A stretch of DNA of 64,000 nt from Azolla caroliniana. Lineage: Eukaryota > Plantae > Polypodiophyta. How positions within the stretch are numbered: position 1 is the first letter of the stretch; the number at the start of each line of letters is the position of its first letter. The position numbers and the translations under genes are program-made. Below the pieces are notes generated by a model. That model had not been told where the DNA came from. It saw only the letters and a program-made list of their open reading frames with translations, and ran no database searches. This document shows positions 47,575 through 59,747 of this stretch, in pieces. Location: contig JBHGNT010000005.1 in NCBI GenBank assembly GCA_043228905.1, forward strand, positions 21,886,001-21,950,000, given 5' to 3'.

Positions 47575-48113
47575 TGTTGTCTCCTTCGTGGAAGCAACAC
47601 CTTTGATTACTCCTATGGTAATCGGATCAGGGGACTGTGGTACGTGGTGGAGGTCAGGGTGAGAGAGGGATTGTTCGGCAATCCGATTCATACCCATAAC
47701 GATTGGTTAGCTGTAAAACCCCGATTGTAATCCGAGAAGTTATTATTTAGAAATGCACTTAAGACACAAACCAAATTTGACCCAAAACTAGATGTTTATT
47801 ACGTAATACAGAATAGTGATTACACGGCGCACGACCAACAATTACAACAGAAAGTATGAGCAGATATTCTACGTTCCTTGAGTACTCTATTCTAAATAGG
47901 GCCTACTCTTCTCTCTTTCGTCCTCCTCCTCTGTTACGTTCTCCTTCCCGTTTTATAGTTTGCTTTCCCGCTTGGCGTGCTTCAGTCTTTACTCGTTAGG
48001 TTCCATGTTTAACGACTGCATTATCTTCGCTACCTTCCATGTTATAGTTGCTTACTTCATCTACATCCAAATTCGTTTCATACCCAAATTACCAATCTGT
48101 CCCACGAACAACA
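47575..48113. mobile_element. Putative solo LTR (539 bp) flanked by a ~297-bp host duplication
   Basis: TGTTGT...ACAACA termini. Copia D sequence 47278-47574 is repeated at 48114-48411. Confidence 0.7.
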
Positions 48114-49871
48114 ATCATTTGAACATGAGTTGGCCAACGACACCTACATAGTACAAGGTTTGGCTGACAGACTGAATAGCCAAGGAAGAAGTTCTTCCTG
48201 ACAACTGAATAATGCTCGAAGTCGAAGCAAGTCTCGGTATAATCGAACATGCAACTATTGCAAGAAACCCGGGCATATCAAGACCGATTGCAACACCCTC
48301 AAAGCCAGGAACGATAATTCATAGAGAGTGGATCACAAGGGCACCTTGCTACAGGAGATCAACTACGTCGGCTCATGAGCCGAAGTTTTGACCAACGACC
48401 TGAATATCCTATACATTGAGAACTTCGTCGAATCCGAAGTTTAGCTTATGATGGAAGTGTCCAACACTTTTCTCCTCGATTCGGGTGCGTCGTACCATGT
48501 GACTCCTCATAGATCGCAATTCCGGCAATACTCGGCCCGACATTCCGACTCAGTTCGAGTCGGAAATTTGCAGCACTGCGCTATCATTGGAATCGATACA
48601 ACAGAGCTTAACCTTCTGAGTGGCTCCACCCCTGTAGTACATAACATCCAACATGTACCCAAGCTCTCAAGTCCATTGATCTCAGTCATGCAATTGGACG
48701 AAGACGACATCCGTGCCGACTTCTCGTCAGGAGGGTGGACACTCCACATCCCCCTCCTACTTGCTCGAGGACTGACGGTACATTCACTCTACCCGTTGTA
48801 TGTCACTTTTATAGAAGGTGACCTATTTTTGGTAGACATTCCCATGCCATCACTATGGCACGACCAACTCGAGCACCTCAGTAAGGCCGACATCACGCAC
48901 CTATCCAGAGCCAACTACATCCCCAAGCTCTTGTTCTCCGACCATCAGTTCTGTGAGCACTGCCAATATGGCAAAGCAGCTACCACCTCACACCCGACTA
49001 GAGAGTTGAGAGAGTCGAGTCCCCTCAACATGGTCCATTCAGACGTTTGTGGCCCAATGCCACATCAGTCTCTCGGTGGCATCTCCCAGTTCGTCACATT
49101 TATTGACGATTCGACAAGAAAGGTGTGGGTGTATCCGATCAGAACTAAAGCTCGATTGTTCAAGATCTTTCAAGAATGGCTTCACAATGGTTGAAAACCA
49201 ATCAGGCCGAAATTTTAAATGCCTACGATAAGACAATGGTGGAGAATTCAATTCGGACGAGTTCGTCAATGTTTGCTGATAGTGCAACATTAGACGAGAG
49301 CTTTCGAACCCATATAGTTGTCACAGACACACCAACCGCGGACTACGACGGAGAACAGATGACAAGGCTATGATCGATCGACTACGAAATTGGAGCTAGA
49401 AGTGACGCGGATAGGAACTCTAGAAGTTGAGCGACATGAGTGCATGAAGACAAATATGAAGATCAAGGTGGCAAAATGGAATGAAACGAGGAAAACTAGA
49501 TTGATGTGTCAGTGACTGGCGTTGAATTCCTTGAAAAGGACCAAGGAGGTTACAAGTATTTATATATTGTGAGTCAAAGTACATGCATTAGAATATTTTG
49601 GAGAATATTGTAGAACCCCCTAGAACCTCCTAGTTCTAGAACCTGCTAAAAACTCCTAGAATTTGAAATAGATAATCTACTAAGATATACATAATATGAC
49701 CATATATTTGGATGTGTTGGTTAGAACACAACACTTGACTATATATGTCAAGAGTTCAAATCTTGACATGGCTATTGTCATGTCTGTGACATTATCCTCC
49801 CCTTTACGGCCGCCTTTTCGAAAGCGTGGTGTAGGGGTGAGCTAAAAGAGAAAACCAAAGTACGTTGAGGA

Positions 49872-50325
49872 GTGAGTGACCATGAGCAATCCTCACCAGA
49901 AATAGGAGCATGAGTGAACGTGAGCGACCATGTGTGGTCGTCACCGGAGACACGAACACCAACGGACGTGAGCGACCATGTGCAGTCCTCACTAGGAACT
50001 AGAACACCAATGAGCGTGAGAGACCATGTACGGTCCTCACCGGAGACGCAAACACCAAAGGGCGTGAGCGACCATGTGTGGTTCTCACCGGAGACACGAA
50101 CACCAATGGATGCGAGGACCGTGCACCAACGGACGTGAGTGACCATGTGCGGTCCTCACCGGGAACTAGAACACCAACGAGCATGAGAGACCATGTACGG
50201 TCCTCACCGGAGACGCGAACACCAAAGGGCGTGAGCGACCATGTACCATGTGCGGTCCTCACCGGAGACACGAACACCAATGGATGTGAGCGACCCTGCA
50301 CCGTTCCTCACCGGGAACTGGAACA
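49872..50325. repeat. 48-bp tandem array (~9 copies) inside element F
   Basis: GTGAGCGACCATGTG.GGTCCTCACCGGAGACACGAACACCAA..G.C at 48-bp period (49872, 49920, 49968, 50016, 50064...). Confidence 0.93.
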
Positions 50326-50399
50326 CTTGAAGACAATGACGGCTAGGCAAAGTAGTGTTGATGACGACAACAAGAGGGTTGAAGATGATGATGTCGAAG

Positions 50400-51010
50400 A
50401 CGAAGCAATGATGTTGACGAAGCGACTTTGGAAGCAACGACTTTGACTATGGCAATGATGGAAGAGGAGAAAGAGATGAAGAGGATAAGAAACAAAGAGA
50501 TCGAGATGTTGAGGTTCTGAATAAACACAAAGACACATATACAAAGGATGACAGAAAACACAAAGGAAGGGATGAGGGTGATAGGAAATGTAGAGAAAGT
50601 GACGAAGATAATAAGAAACACATAGATAAAGATGAAAATGGTAGGAAACACAAGGAGAAGGATGACAATGACAAAAAATGTAAAGATAGGGATGTGGAAG
50701 ATGATAAGAAGTGCAGAGATAGAGATGATGATGAGAAGAAACTAGGAGTTAGAGATGTGAAGGATGGGAAAAAACTAGGAGATAAAGATGATGATGAGAA
50801 GAAACTAGGAGATAGGGATGTGGAAGATGGTAAGAAATGCAGAGATAGAGATGATGATGAGAAGAAACTAGGAGAGAAAAGACAGACGATGATGAAAAGA
50901 AACTAAGAGATAGAGATGGCGAGGAAGATAGAAAACGAAGGGATGTTAATGATGGTAACTTTAGAACCAATGAAGGTGGCGATGGTAACTCTAGAAGCAA
51001 GGGCGATGAC
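50400..51010. repeat. Purine-rich degenerate repeats (~63-bp period in 50685-50910) inside element F
   Basis: Repeated GATAGAGATGATGATGAGAAGAAACTAGGA / GATGTGGAAGATG.TAAGAA.TGCAGA. Confidence 0.8.
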
Positions 51011-51415
51011 AAAGACGGGTAGTTGGAAGGGATTCAAACTATCACGGACACACTAACCGCAGTCTATGACGAAGGACGGATGACGAGGCTATGATCGACC
51101 GACTACGAACTTGGACCTAGAAGTGATGAGGCTAGGAACTCTAGAAGTTGAGCGACATGAGTGCATGAAGACAAATATGAAGAGCAAGGTGACAAAATGG
51201 AATGAAACGAAGAAAACTAGATTGATGTGTCAGTGACTGGCATTGAATCCCTTGAAAAGGACTAAGGAGGTTACAAGTATTTATACTGTGTGTCGAAGTA
51301 CATGCATTAGAATATTTTGGAGAATATTCGGGAGAATATTGTAGAACCCTCTAGAACCTTCTAGTTCTAGAACTTTCTAAAAACTCCTAGAACTTCAAAT
51401 TTTGCAGGAGCTTTG

Positions 51416-54400
51416 TGTCGAATACATGTGTATAATGGACGTATTCACACTATCCCGTTTTGGCCATTTATGTAATTAGCATAAAGGGTAGTTGCCCTAA
51501 GTCGGTCACTATATATAGTGACCTTGTAACCTTCTTGTAAGGTTGGGTGTTGTATTATTGCTTTATGAATAAAGAAGTCTTTTGTGTCTCTCTCTCTCTC
51601 TCTCTGTGCAACGACATAGAAACAGCCATACGCAGGTGCAGAAAAGAATCCATTGCTTCTTGATCCTCCGCATTGACGACCTCGTCTCTAACATCTGGTA
51701 TCAGAGCCTGCACAGTAGTCGGTCCCTCAATCCGCTGTCGGCCGTCGTCTCTGCATTCGGTTTCCTGCGTCATTCGAAGAAGAGAGAAGAAGAAGAAAAA
51801 CCAGGTTTGCATCTCATCGCGTTAGATCATCTTTGCTTGGAGTAAGCCAGCAGGTTGTACTCCGTTCCCTGTGATCGTAACCGCTCGAGGTGAAATCCCC
51901 TTGTACATCTTTGACACGATCGTGCTCCATTCGGTTAAACGGCATCCGAAAAGGTCATTAAACGCTGCTCGCTGCTCGTTGTAACCACTCGGTGCAGATC
52001 GGTCTTAGGACAACAACCCCAAATTCGTGCTTCATACGGCTGATCGACATTCGAGAGGATCAGTTGGATCTGTCTCTCTCGTCGCTGCAGCCACCCGAAG
52101 CAGAATCGGTCCAGACAATCGGTTTCAATAATCGGTATTCGGCATATATATCCGAAGCGAACCGGGCTCACTCCGACTCGGCAACATTCGGGAAGACCAT
52201 TCAGTTCTGTCCCTCAAGCTACCGGAGTCAATTCGAGCAAGTTCCGAAGCCGAACCGACTCGGGTTCAAATCCGACTAGAACGATATCGGGTGAGCCAAC
52301 CGGCTGCACTCCTTCAAGGTTCGTAGTCAACTCCGAACCGAGCTTCGCCAACCGAAACCGAATTTGATGGCATCAACATCCGGCTCATCAGAAATGAGTC
52401 TACGAAAGTTCGATGGATCGAACTTCAACTTCTGGAAGGAGCAAATGCAGGACTATCTCATAGTCAAGGGGCAAATCGATCCCATCGAAAATGAAGAACC
52501 TCCAGAAGGATACAAACCAATTGAGTGGCAAAAGCTGGACAGAATCGTCCGCGCCACGATTCGGATGCACCTATCGGAATCGGTATACTTTACGGTGCAA
52601 TCGTGTACGACAGCATTCGAACTGTGGAAAACACTGTCGGACACTTACGAAAAGAAGGTCGCCGCAACAAAGATGTTTCTGATCCGGCGCCTCTATAACC
52701 TGCGGATGAAAGAATCCGATTCGGTCCAAGCACATCTAAATGAGTACGAAAGCATAAGCTCCCAAATCTCGTCACAGGGGACGGCAATCGAGGATGAACT
52801 CAGAGCAATGATACTCATGAGCAGCCTTCCCTCATCATGGGAAACTTTCGTCACAACTGTGTGCAACGCGTCAACCACTGCTGTTAAGTACTCCGAAGTC
52901 ACGAGCGCAATCCTGACCGAAGCAGCTCGGAGAAAGTCTTTCGCCAAAGACTCAACAGACGACGCTTATGTAGTACAAGGTTCGACAGACCGATCGAACA
53001 TACGAGGAAGAGATTCCTCACGGCCGCCGAACAATCAGCGAAGACGGAGCCAGTCACGGGATAACCGAATCTGCAACTATTGCAAGAAACCCGGACACAT
53101 CAAAGCCGACTGCCGCGCACTCAAGAACAAGAACAACAAGAAGAGTGGCCGGCATGAGGAGATCAATTACGTCAGCTTCTCAGCTGATGTGCTACCAGAC
53201 GACCCGAATATACTATCAATCGAAAATCCAGTCGGATCAGAAGCCCTACTCACGACTGAAGAATCGAGCACATGGCTCTTAGATTCGGGCGCGTCATTTC
53301 ACGTGACTCCTCATCGATCCCAATTTCGGCAATATACGATCCGTCACTCCGACTCAGTTCGAGTCGGCAACTCACAACACTGTGACATCATCGGAATCGG
53401 CACAGTAGAGCTCAACCTTGCAGGAGGCTCTACACTTGTACTCCACAATGTCCGACATGTACCCGAGCTCTCAAGGCCATTGATCTCAGTCGGACAACTA
53501 GATGAAGACGGCATTCGTGCCGGTTTTTCTTCGGGAGGGTGGACACTCCACAGGGGGAACCTCCTGCTTGCTAGAGGACCCAAGATACACTCACTGTATC
53601 CGTTACATGTTACGCTCAGAGAGGGTAACCTGTTTTTGGTGGATATTCCTGTGTCATCACTATGGCACCGAAGATTAGGACACCTCAGCAAGGCCGGCAT
53701 CACGCACCTATCCAGAGCCGGATACATCCCCAAACTCTCCTTCTCGGACCATCAATTCTGCGAGCATTGCCAGTATGGCAAACAAGTAGCCGCATCACAC
53801 CCGACATCAGCACCAAGAGAAACGAGACCTCTTGATTTGGTCCATTCGGACGTCTGTGGCCCAATGCCGCATCAGTCTCTCGGCGGTGCCTCTTACTTCG
53901 TCACTTTTGTTGACGATTCGACTCGAAAGGTGTGGGCTTATCCGATTCGCACCAAAGATCGGGTCTTCTCGATCTTCTCAGATTGGCTCGCTATGGTAGA
54001 AAATCAAACCGACCGAAAGCTGAAATGCCTTCGGACAGACAATGGGGGAGAGTTCAAATCCGATGAATTCGTCAAATTCTGCCGACAACGCGGCATCCGA
54101 CGTGAATTTACGGCACCACACAGTCCGGAGCAAAACGGGATTGCAGAACGAATGAATCGGACAATCCAAGAAAGGATAGTTTCCATGCTCCAACACTCCG
54201 GACTGTCGGATGGCTTCTGGGCAGAGGCTCTACTCACGGCAGTACACATAATCAATATGTCGCCAAGTAGACCTCTAGGACTTCAAATTCCTCAGGAACT
54301 ATGGATCGGCAGTAAGCCGAATTACGACAAGCTGAGGATCTTCGGATGTGAGGCGTACGCCCTTATTCCGAAAGATGATCGCCGAAAACTTGCACCTCGG

Positions 54401-56851
54401 TCCAGGAAATGCATCTTCCTTGGATATGGATCCGACGGCGAAATGGGATACCGACTCTGGGACCCCGAACGCAGACAAATCGTTCGAAGTTCGGACGTTG
54501 TGTTCAACGAGTCGGCTATGAATCCATCAGTCGAAAAACCGATCGAAGTCCGAAGGGTAACATTTTCCGATGTGCCGACCCTTCAAGAAGGCCCCGCTCT
54601 TAACACACGGTCAGCTTCACGGGTAGCTGAACCTTACACTACCGACTCGGACAACTCCGACTCGGCACAGCAGAACACTCCGCTTTCGGACCATCCGACC
54701 GTGATACCCGATGCGACCAGTCCAATCATACCTCGACGATCCGAGAGACTGTCGCAACCTCCGGAGAGGTATTCTCCTGGAATTTTCTTCACCGACGCCG
54801 GCGAACCGACGTCTTACGAAGAAGCATCGACATCTGTCGATTCCGCCACCTGGCATCTGGCGATGGAGTCGGAAATGCACTCCATTCGGGCAAACAAGAC
54901 TTGGGATCTGGTCGAATTACCCAGGAACCGACGTGCTCTTCCTTGCAAGTGGGTTTATCGACTAAAAGAGACGTCTGATTCGACCACCCCAAAGTACAAG
55001 GCCAGATTAGTTGCGAAGGGCTTCCGACAAGAATATGGCGTCGACTTCGACGAGATTTTTTCACCAGTGGTGAAAATGACAACTCTTCGTTTCCTACTCG
55101 GCGTAGTGGCAGCCGACAACTTGGAGCTGATTCAGCTAGATGTCAAAACAGCCTTCCTCCATGGTGATCTCGAGGAGGAAATCTATATGGAGCAGCCAAA
55201 AGGCTTCGTGGCACCTGGCCAAGAACATCTAGTCTGCCGACTCAGGAAGAGTCTATACGGCCTCAAACAGGCACCACGACAATGGTACAAGAAGTTCGAC
55301 GACTTCATCCAATCGATCGGCTTCTCCAAAAGCGATGAGGACCATTGTCTCTTTACCAACACAGCTCAAGATGGATCACCCATCTTCCTCATCATTTACG
55401 TGGACGACATGCTAATTTCTGGACGCCACGCGGGCGAACTTGCCGATCTCGTTCGGCAACTGCGGTTGAAGTTTGCCATGAAGGACCTCGGTCCGGCACG
55501 ACACATCCTTGGCATGAAAATTAGTCGGCATCGCGATAAACGACATCTTTTTTTGTCTCAGACCGACTATATCGGACGTGTCTTGGGACGCTTCAACATG
55601 CAATCCGCCAAATCTGCTTCAACCCCGCTCCCAATGAATCTTCGGCTCTCTCAGCGAGACTGCCCGACATCCGGCCCGGAGGGGGAAGATATGAAGTCGG
55701 TACCGTATGCACCGGCAGTCGGCTCCCTTATGTACCTGATGGTCGCGACACGGCCTGATATTTCTCACGCCGTAGGAGTCGTTAGCAGATTTATGCACAA
55801 TCCTGGCCGATCGCATTGGAACGCAGTCAAGCATGTGTTCAGATATCTGGCTGGCACAAAAGACCATGGCATTCTTTTCGGTCCGAACCGAACCTCAGGC
55901 GTAGTCGGTTACACCGACTCGGATTTCGCCGGCTGTATAGACAGTCGGAAATCAACAACCGGATACTGCTTCAAATTCGGCAATGGAGCAATCTCGTGGA
56001 AGTCGAAACTTCAGGAGTGCACAGCGACCTCAACGACCGAAGCAGAATATGTAGCTGCGTCCGACGCAGCAAAAGAAGCTTTGTGGCTCGGTCGGCTGGC
56101 GCACACGTTTCGACAAGTCGACCATGACTCGGCTCCAGTTGTCTACAGCGACAGTCAAAGTGCTGTTGCCTTGTCGAAAAATCCGGTTCACCACAACGCC
56201 TCCAAACATATCGACGTTCGATATCACTTCGTTCGGGACTGCGTCATTTCAGGGAAAATCGGTCTAGAGAAAATATCCACAACCGACAATGTCGCAGATG
56301 GAATGACCAAGTGTCTTTCGGCAGACCGTTTTCGGTCTCTTCGGCATCAGATGGGCGTAACGACAAACCAGTCCGGTTAGAGCCGGACACAGAGCAGGAT
56401 GGTTCCCGACAGCCGACATCAGTTCCTTAATGATCGGCTTCAACTCTTCCGACCCGACCAGTTCGGTCTTCTGCCTTCGGACCCTGCCGACTCGAACAAA
56501 GCTGATATGTCCGAGAACCCAAGTCTATACCTGTAATCTTAGATAACCCATGTATACGCCCATTACGGGGGAGTGTCGAATACATGTGTATAATGGACGT
56601 ATTCACACTATCCCGTTTTGGCCATTTATGTAATTAGCATAAAGGGTAGTTGCCCTAAGTCGGTCACTATATATAGTGACCTTGTAACCTTCTTGTAAGG
56701 TTGGGTGTTGTATTATTGCTTTATGAATAAAGAAGTCTTTTGTGTCTCTCTCTCTCTCTCTCTGTGCAACGACATAGAAACAGCCATACGCAGGTGCAGA
56801 AAAGAATCCATTGCTTCTTGATCCTCCGCATTGACGACCTCGTCTCTAACA
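51416..56851 (+). mobile_element. Intact, very young Ty1/Copia G
   Basis: 278-bp LTRs 51416-51693 and 56574-56851 with no difference seen. TSD CTTTG. PBS TGGTATCAGAGC 51696-51707. PPT ACGGGGGAG before 56574. Confidence 0.98.
52367..56380 (+). CDS. Copia gag-pol polyprotein, ~1337 aa, uninterrupted
   Basis: CNYCKKPGHIKADC, WLLDSGAS, WHRRLGH...CEHC, LRTDNGGEF, YVDD, YTDSDFAG, KHIDVRYHFVRD. Confidence 0.98.
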   Translation: MASTSGSSEMSLRKFDGSNFNFWKEQMQDYLIVKGQIDPIENEEPPEGYKPIEWQKLDRIVRATIRMHLSESVYFTVQSCTTAFELWKTLSDTYEKKVAATKMFLIRRLYNLRMKESDSVQAHLNEYESISSQISSQGTAIEDELRAMILMSSLPSSWETFVTTVCNASTTAVKYSEVTSAILTEAARRKSFAKDSTDDAYVVQGSTDRSNIRGRDSSRPPNNQRRRSQSRDNRICNYCKKPGHIKADCRALKNKNNKKSGRHEEINYVSFSADVLPDDPNILSIENPVGSEALLTTEESSTWLLDSGASFHVTPHRSQFRQYTIRHSDSVRVGNSQHCDIIGIGTVELNLAGGSTLVLHNVRHVPELSRPLISVGQLDEDGIRAGFSSGGWTLHRGNLLLARGPKIHSLYPLHVTLREGNLFLVDIPVSSLWHRRLGHLSKAGITHLSRAGYIPKLSFSDHQFCEHCQYGKQVAASHPTSAPRETRPLDLVHSDVCGPMPHQSLGGASYFVTFVDDSTRKVWAYPIRTKDRVFSIFSDWLAMVENQTDRKLKCLRTDNGGEFKSDEFVKFCRQRGIRREFTAPHSPEQNGIAERMNRTIQERIVSMLQHSGLSDGFWAEALLTAVHIINMSPSRPLGLQIPQELWIGSKPNYDKLRIFGCEAYALIPKDDRRKLAPRSRKCIFLGYGSDGEMGYRLWDPERRQIVRSSDVVFNESAMNPSVEKPIEVRRVTFSDVPTLQEGPALNTRSASRVAEPYTTDSDNSDSAQQNTPLSDHPTVIPDATSPIIPRRSERLSQPPERYSPGIFFTDAGEPTSYEEASTSVDSATWHLAMESEMHSIRANKTWDLVELPRNRRALPCKWVYRLKETSDSTTPKYKARLVAKGFRQEYGVDFDEIFSPVVKMTTLRFLLGVVAADNLELIQLDVKTAFLHGDLEEEIYMEQPKGFVAPGQEHLVCRLRKSLYGLKQAPRQWYKKFDDFIQSIGFSKSDEDHCLFTNTAQDGSPIFLIIYVDDMLISGRHAGELADLVRQLRLKFAMKDLGPARHILGMKISRHRDKRHLFLSQTDYIGRVLGRFNMQSAKSASTPLPMNLRLSQRDCPTSGPEGEDMKSVPYAPAVGSLMYLMVATRPDISHAVGVVSRFMHNPGRSHWNAVKHVFRYLAGTKDHGILFGPNRTSGVVGYTDSDFAGCIDSRKSTTGYCFKFGNGAISWKSKLQECTATSTTEAEYVAASDAAKEALWLGRLAHTFRQVDHDSAPVVYSDSQSAVALSKNPVHHNASKHIDVRYHFVRDCVISGKIGLEKISTTDNVADGMTKCLSADRFRSLRHQMGVTTNQSG

Positions 56852-58726
56852 CTTTGGACCGGCCAAAGGCCAAATTATGAGAAGTTACGGATTTTCGGAT
56901 GCGAAGCATTTGCTCTTATGCCGAAGGATGATCGCCGAAAGCTTGAACCGCGGTCCAAGAAATGCATTTTTCTTGGTTATGGATCAAATGGTGAATTCGG
57001 CTACCAACTTTTGGATCTGGAAAACAAACAAGTCATCCAAAGTTCGGACGTTGTTTTCAACGCGGCAGAGATGCACAAGCCGGCCGAAAGGCCATTTGAA
57101 GTAAGACGTCTCACTTTTTCGGACGCTTTGACTCCTCCTGCCGGCCCAACACAACACACACGAGCGGCAACACGACAAGCCGCCTCTACGGAACTAGAGA
57201 GCGGCCTAAGTAGCAATCCACAGAGTGAACCGGCTACTCAAGAGATGATCATCATCAATGATCCGGCGAGCCTAGTCGTCCTAAGAAGAACTGAACGATT
57301 GTCTCAGCCATTAGAGAGATACTCTCTTGGTCTATTTTTCATGGACGCCGGAGAGCCGACGTCCTACAAAGAAGCATTGACATGTGGTGATTTGGCCACC
57401 TCGCACATGATTACGGATTTCAAGATGAACTCCATCAGGCATAAATAGACTTGGGACCTCGTAGAATTGCCAGAAAATAGATGTGTCCTACCGTGTAAGT
57501 GGGTGTATTAACTTAAAGAGACGTCAAACCTAGCAAGTCCCAAATATAAGGCTAGATTAGTTGTGAAGGGTTTTCAACATCAATATGGCGTCAACTTCGA
57601 TGAGATATTTTCATCAGTGGTGAAAATGACCACCCTTCGATTCTTACTCGGCGTAGTGGCAACTGAAGATTTGGAGCTGATCCAACTAGACGTGAAGACG
57701 ACATTCCTCCACGGTGACCTAGAGGAGGAAATCTATATGGAACAACCGAAAGGTTTTGTTGAACCGGGACGCAAATATCTAATCTGCCGACTGAAGAAGA
57801 GTCTCTACAGCTTGAAGCAGCCCCCTTCGCAGTAGTATAAGAAGTTTGACGATTTTCTACAATCGGTCAACTTCTCCAAGAGCAATGAGGACCACTGCCT
57901 TTTCTAAAGAACAACTCAAGATGGGTCTCCCATCTTTCTCATCCTTTGTGTGGACAACATGCTACCCTTCAGCGGGCATGCCGGAGAGCTCGTTGATCTC
58001 CTTTGGCAACTTCGGTTGAATTTTGCCAGGATGGACATCGATTCATCAAGACACATTTTGGGCATGAAGATTAGTTGGCGTCAGAATCAACGACACTTCA
58101 ATTCAACATCAATTCAACATGTCTTGGAATGCTTCAGCATGCAATCAGCCAAATCTGCCTCGACCCCACTCCCCATTAACCTTCGGCTATCTCAGCAAAA
58201 CTATCCAACATCACATCTGGAGGGGGAAGATATGAATTTGGTACCATATGCACCAACAATTGGTTCCTTAATGTACGCGATGGTCACGACACGGCCTGAT
58301 ATTGCTCACTCATAGGAGTTGTCAGCAGATTCATGCACAACCCTAGATGATCACATTGGAATGCAGTCAAGCATGTGCTCAAATGTCTGGTAGGCACACA
58401 AGACCTTGACATCCTCTTTGGTCCGAACCATAACCCATGCGTTGTCAGTTAAACCGACTCGGACTTTGCCGGCTGTGTAGAAATTCGAAAGTCAACGATA
58501 GGATACTTCTTCAAATTCGGCAATGGCGCAATTTCATGGAAGTCAAAACTTCATGAGTGCATGACCACTTCAACCACCGAAGCTGAATACGTAGCCACAT
58601 CTGACGCGACGAAAAAGGCTCTATGGCTCGATCAACTAGCGTGTACATTTTGACAAGTTGATCCCAATTTGGCTCCAGTTGTCTGTTACAACAGTCAGGG
58701 TGTTGTTGCCTTGTCGAAGAACCCAG

Positions 58727-59095
58727 TGTGACAGTCTAATATGGGTTCATAATGGACATATTCACACTGTCCCATTGGATAGTCTAGGTTTAGGCCAAAT
58801 TTGTAAATATTGGGAAGGGCAATTAGTATTTAAACTGACCTTTGTAACCTAGTTAGTTTGACGTTGTTGTTGCCATTGTAACTTTAAGAGTAATAATACA
58901 GTTACATCGTCTTGTGCCTAACTCCATTGTCTTCTCTCTTTGCACTTCCTCTCTTGATCTTCTTTCTTGTTACTATTGCCTCCATTGATTCATGTAGCTT
59001 TGTGCTTCATGACTTTGTTCATCATTAATCAATTTGAAAGATCTTCATAGGAGAAGTGTTGGTTTTGTTCCGCATCCTGACGAACGCTTCCAACA
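58727..59095 (+). mobile_element. Solo LTR (369 bp) of a related Copia family inserted in the RNase H of Copia D
   Basis: TGT...ACA ends; TSD CCCAG/CCCGG (1 mismatch). Shares TAATGGAC.TATTCACACT.TCCC and GGATAG.CTAGGTTTAGG with the D/G LTRs. The host KNPVHHN motif resumes after it. Confidence 0.85.
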
Positions 59096-59682
59096 CCCGG
59101 TCCACCACAACGGCTCAAAGCACATCGACGTTTGACGCTACTTCGTTCCGAACTGTGTAACCTCAGGTAAGCTCGACCTCGAGAAGATCTCCATGGCCGA
59201 CAACATATCAGACAGGATGACCAAGTGTCTCACATCTGACCGATTCCGGTCACTACGACACCAGATGGGCTTAAGGAGAAATTAGTTCGATCGAGATGGG
59301 CTTTGAACAATTGGCTTCGACCACTGATCCAACTTCTTCTCTTGAACCAATCGATTCTTCCTCTGTTTATTTCGGCCATTACCAATTCAACAATAACTTG
59401 ACCTATCCTAACATCTCTTTGTATATCATGTATCTCTTGTTTTATATTACAATTCTCTCCTTATTGTATACACCCATTACGAGGGAGTGTTGAATATAGG
59501 TGTATAATAGCCGTATTTACATTGTCCCACTTGGATAGACTAGGTTTAGGACAATTATGTAAATATGTCAAAGGGCAGTTGCCCTAGCCCAGTTAGTATA
59601 TAATTGGCTTTGTAACCTAGTTCATGGTGTGGATATTAGTGTAATTCTTGTATTGTAACATTTAGAATAAGAATGTTACATT

Positions 59683-59685
59683 ATG

Positions 59686-59747
<62 letters not shown>

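Larger units (their letters stand above)
49319..51392 (-). mobile_element. Non-autonomous (non-coding) LTR element F with a self-priming-type PBS; outer end of the 5' LTR deleted
   Basis: LTR 49319-49791 has 11-bp terminal IRs TGTCACAGACA/TGTCTGTGACA. A second LTR copy lies at 51040-~51392. PPT AGGGGAGGATAA at 49792-49803. The interior is only tandem repeats. Confidence 0.88.
45594..59745 (+). mobile_element. Old degenerate Copia D (relative of Copia G), host of several nested insertions
   Basis: 5' LTR 45594-45948; PBS TGGTATTAGAGC 45951-45962; decayed gag-pol from ATG 46710 in pieces to ~59285; PPT then 3' LTR from 59488, cut at its (CT)n by the LINE. Confidence 0.9.

Noticed and set aside
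49778-51012. Repetitive ORFs (HTWSLT repeats, D/K-rich peptide) inside element F
   Set aside because: Repeat periods divisible by 3 keep frames open on both strands; no domain motifs and no consistent start.
51027-51039. GTTTGAATCCC as a tRNA T-loop or tRNA gene
   Set aside because: No cloverleaf or A-box around it; better explained as the self-priming PBS.
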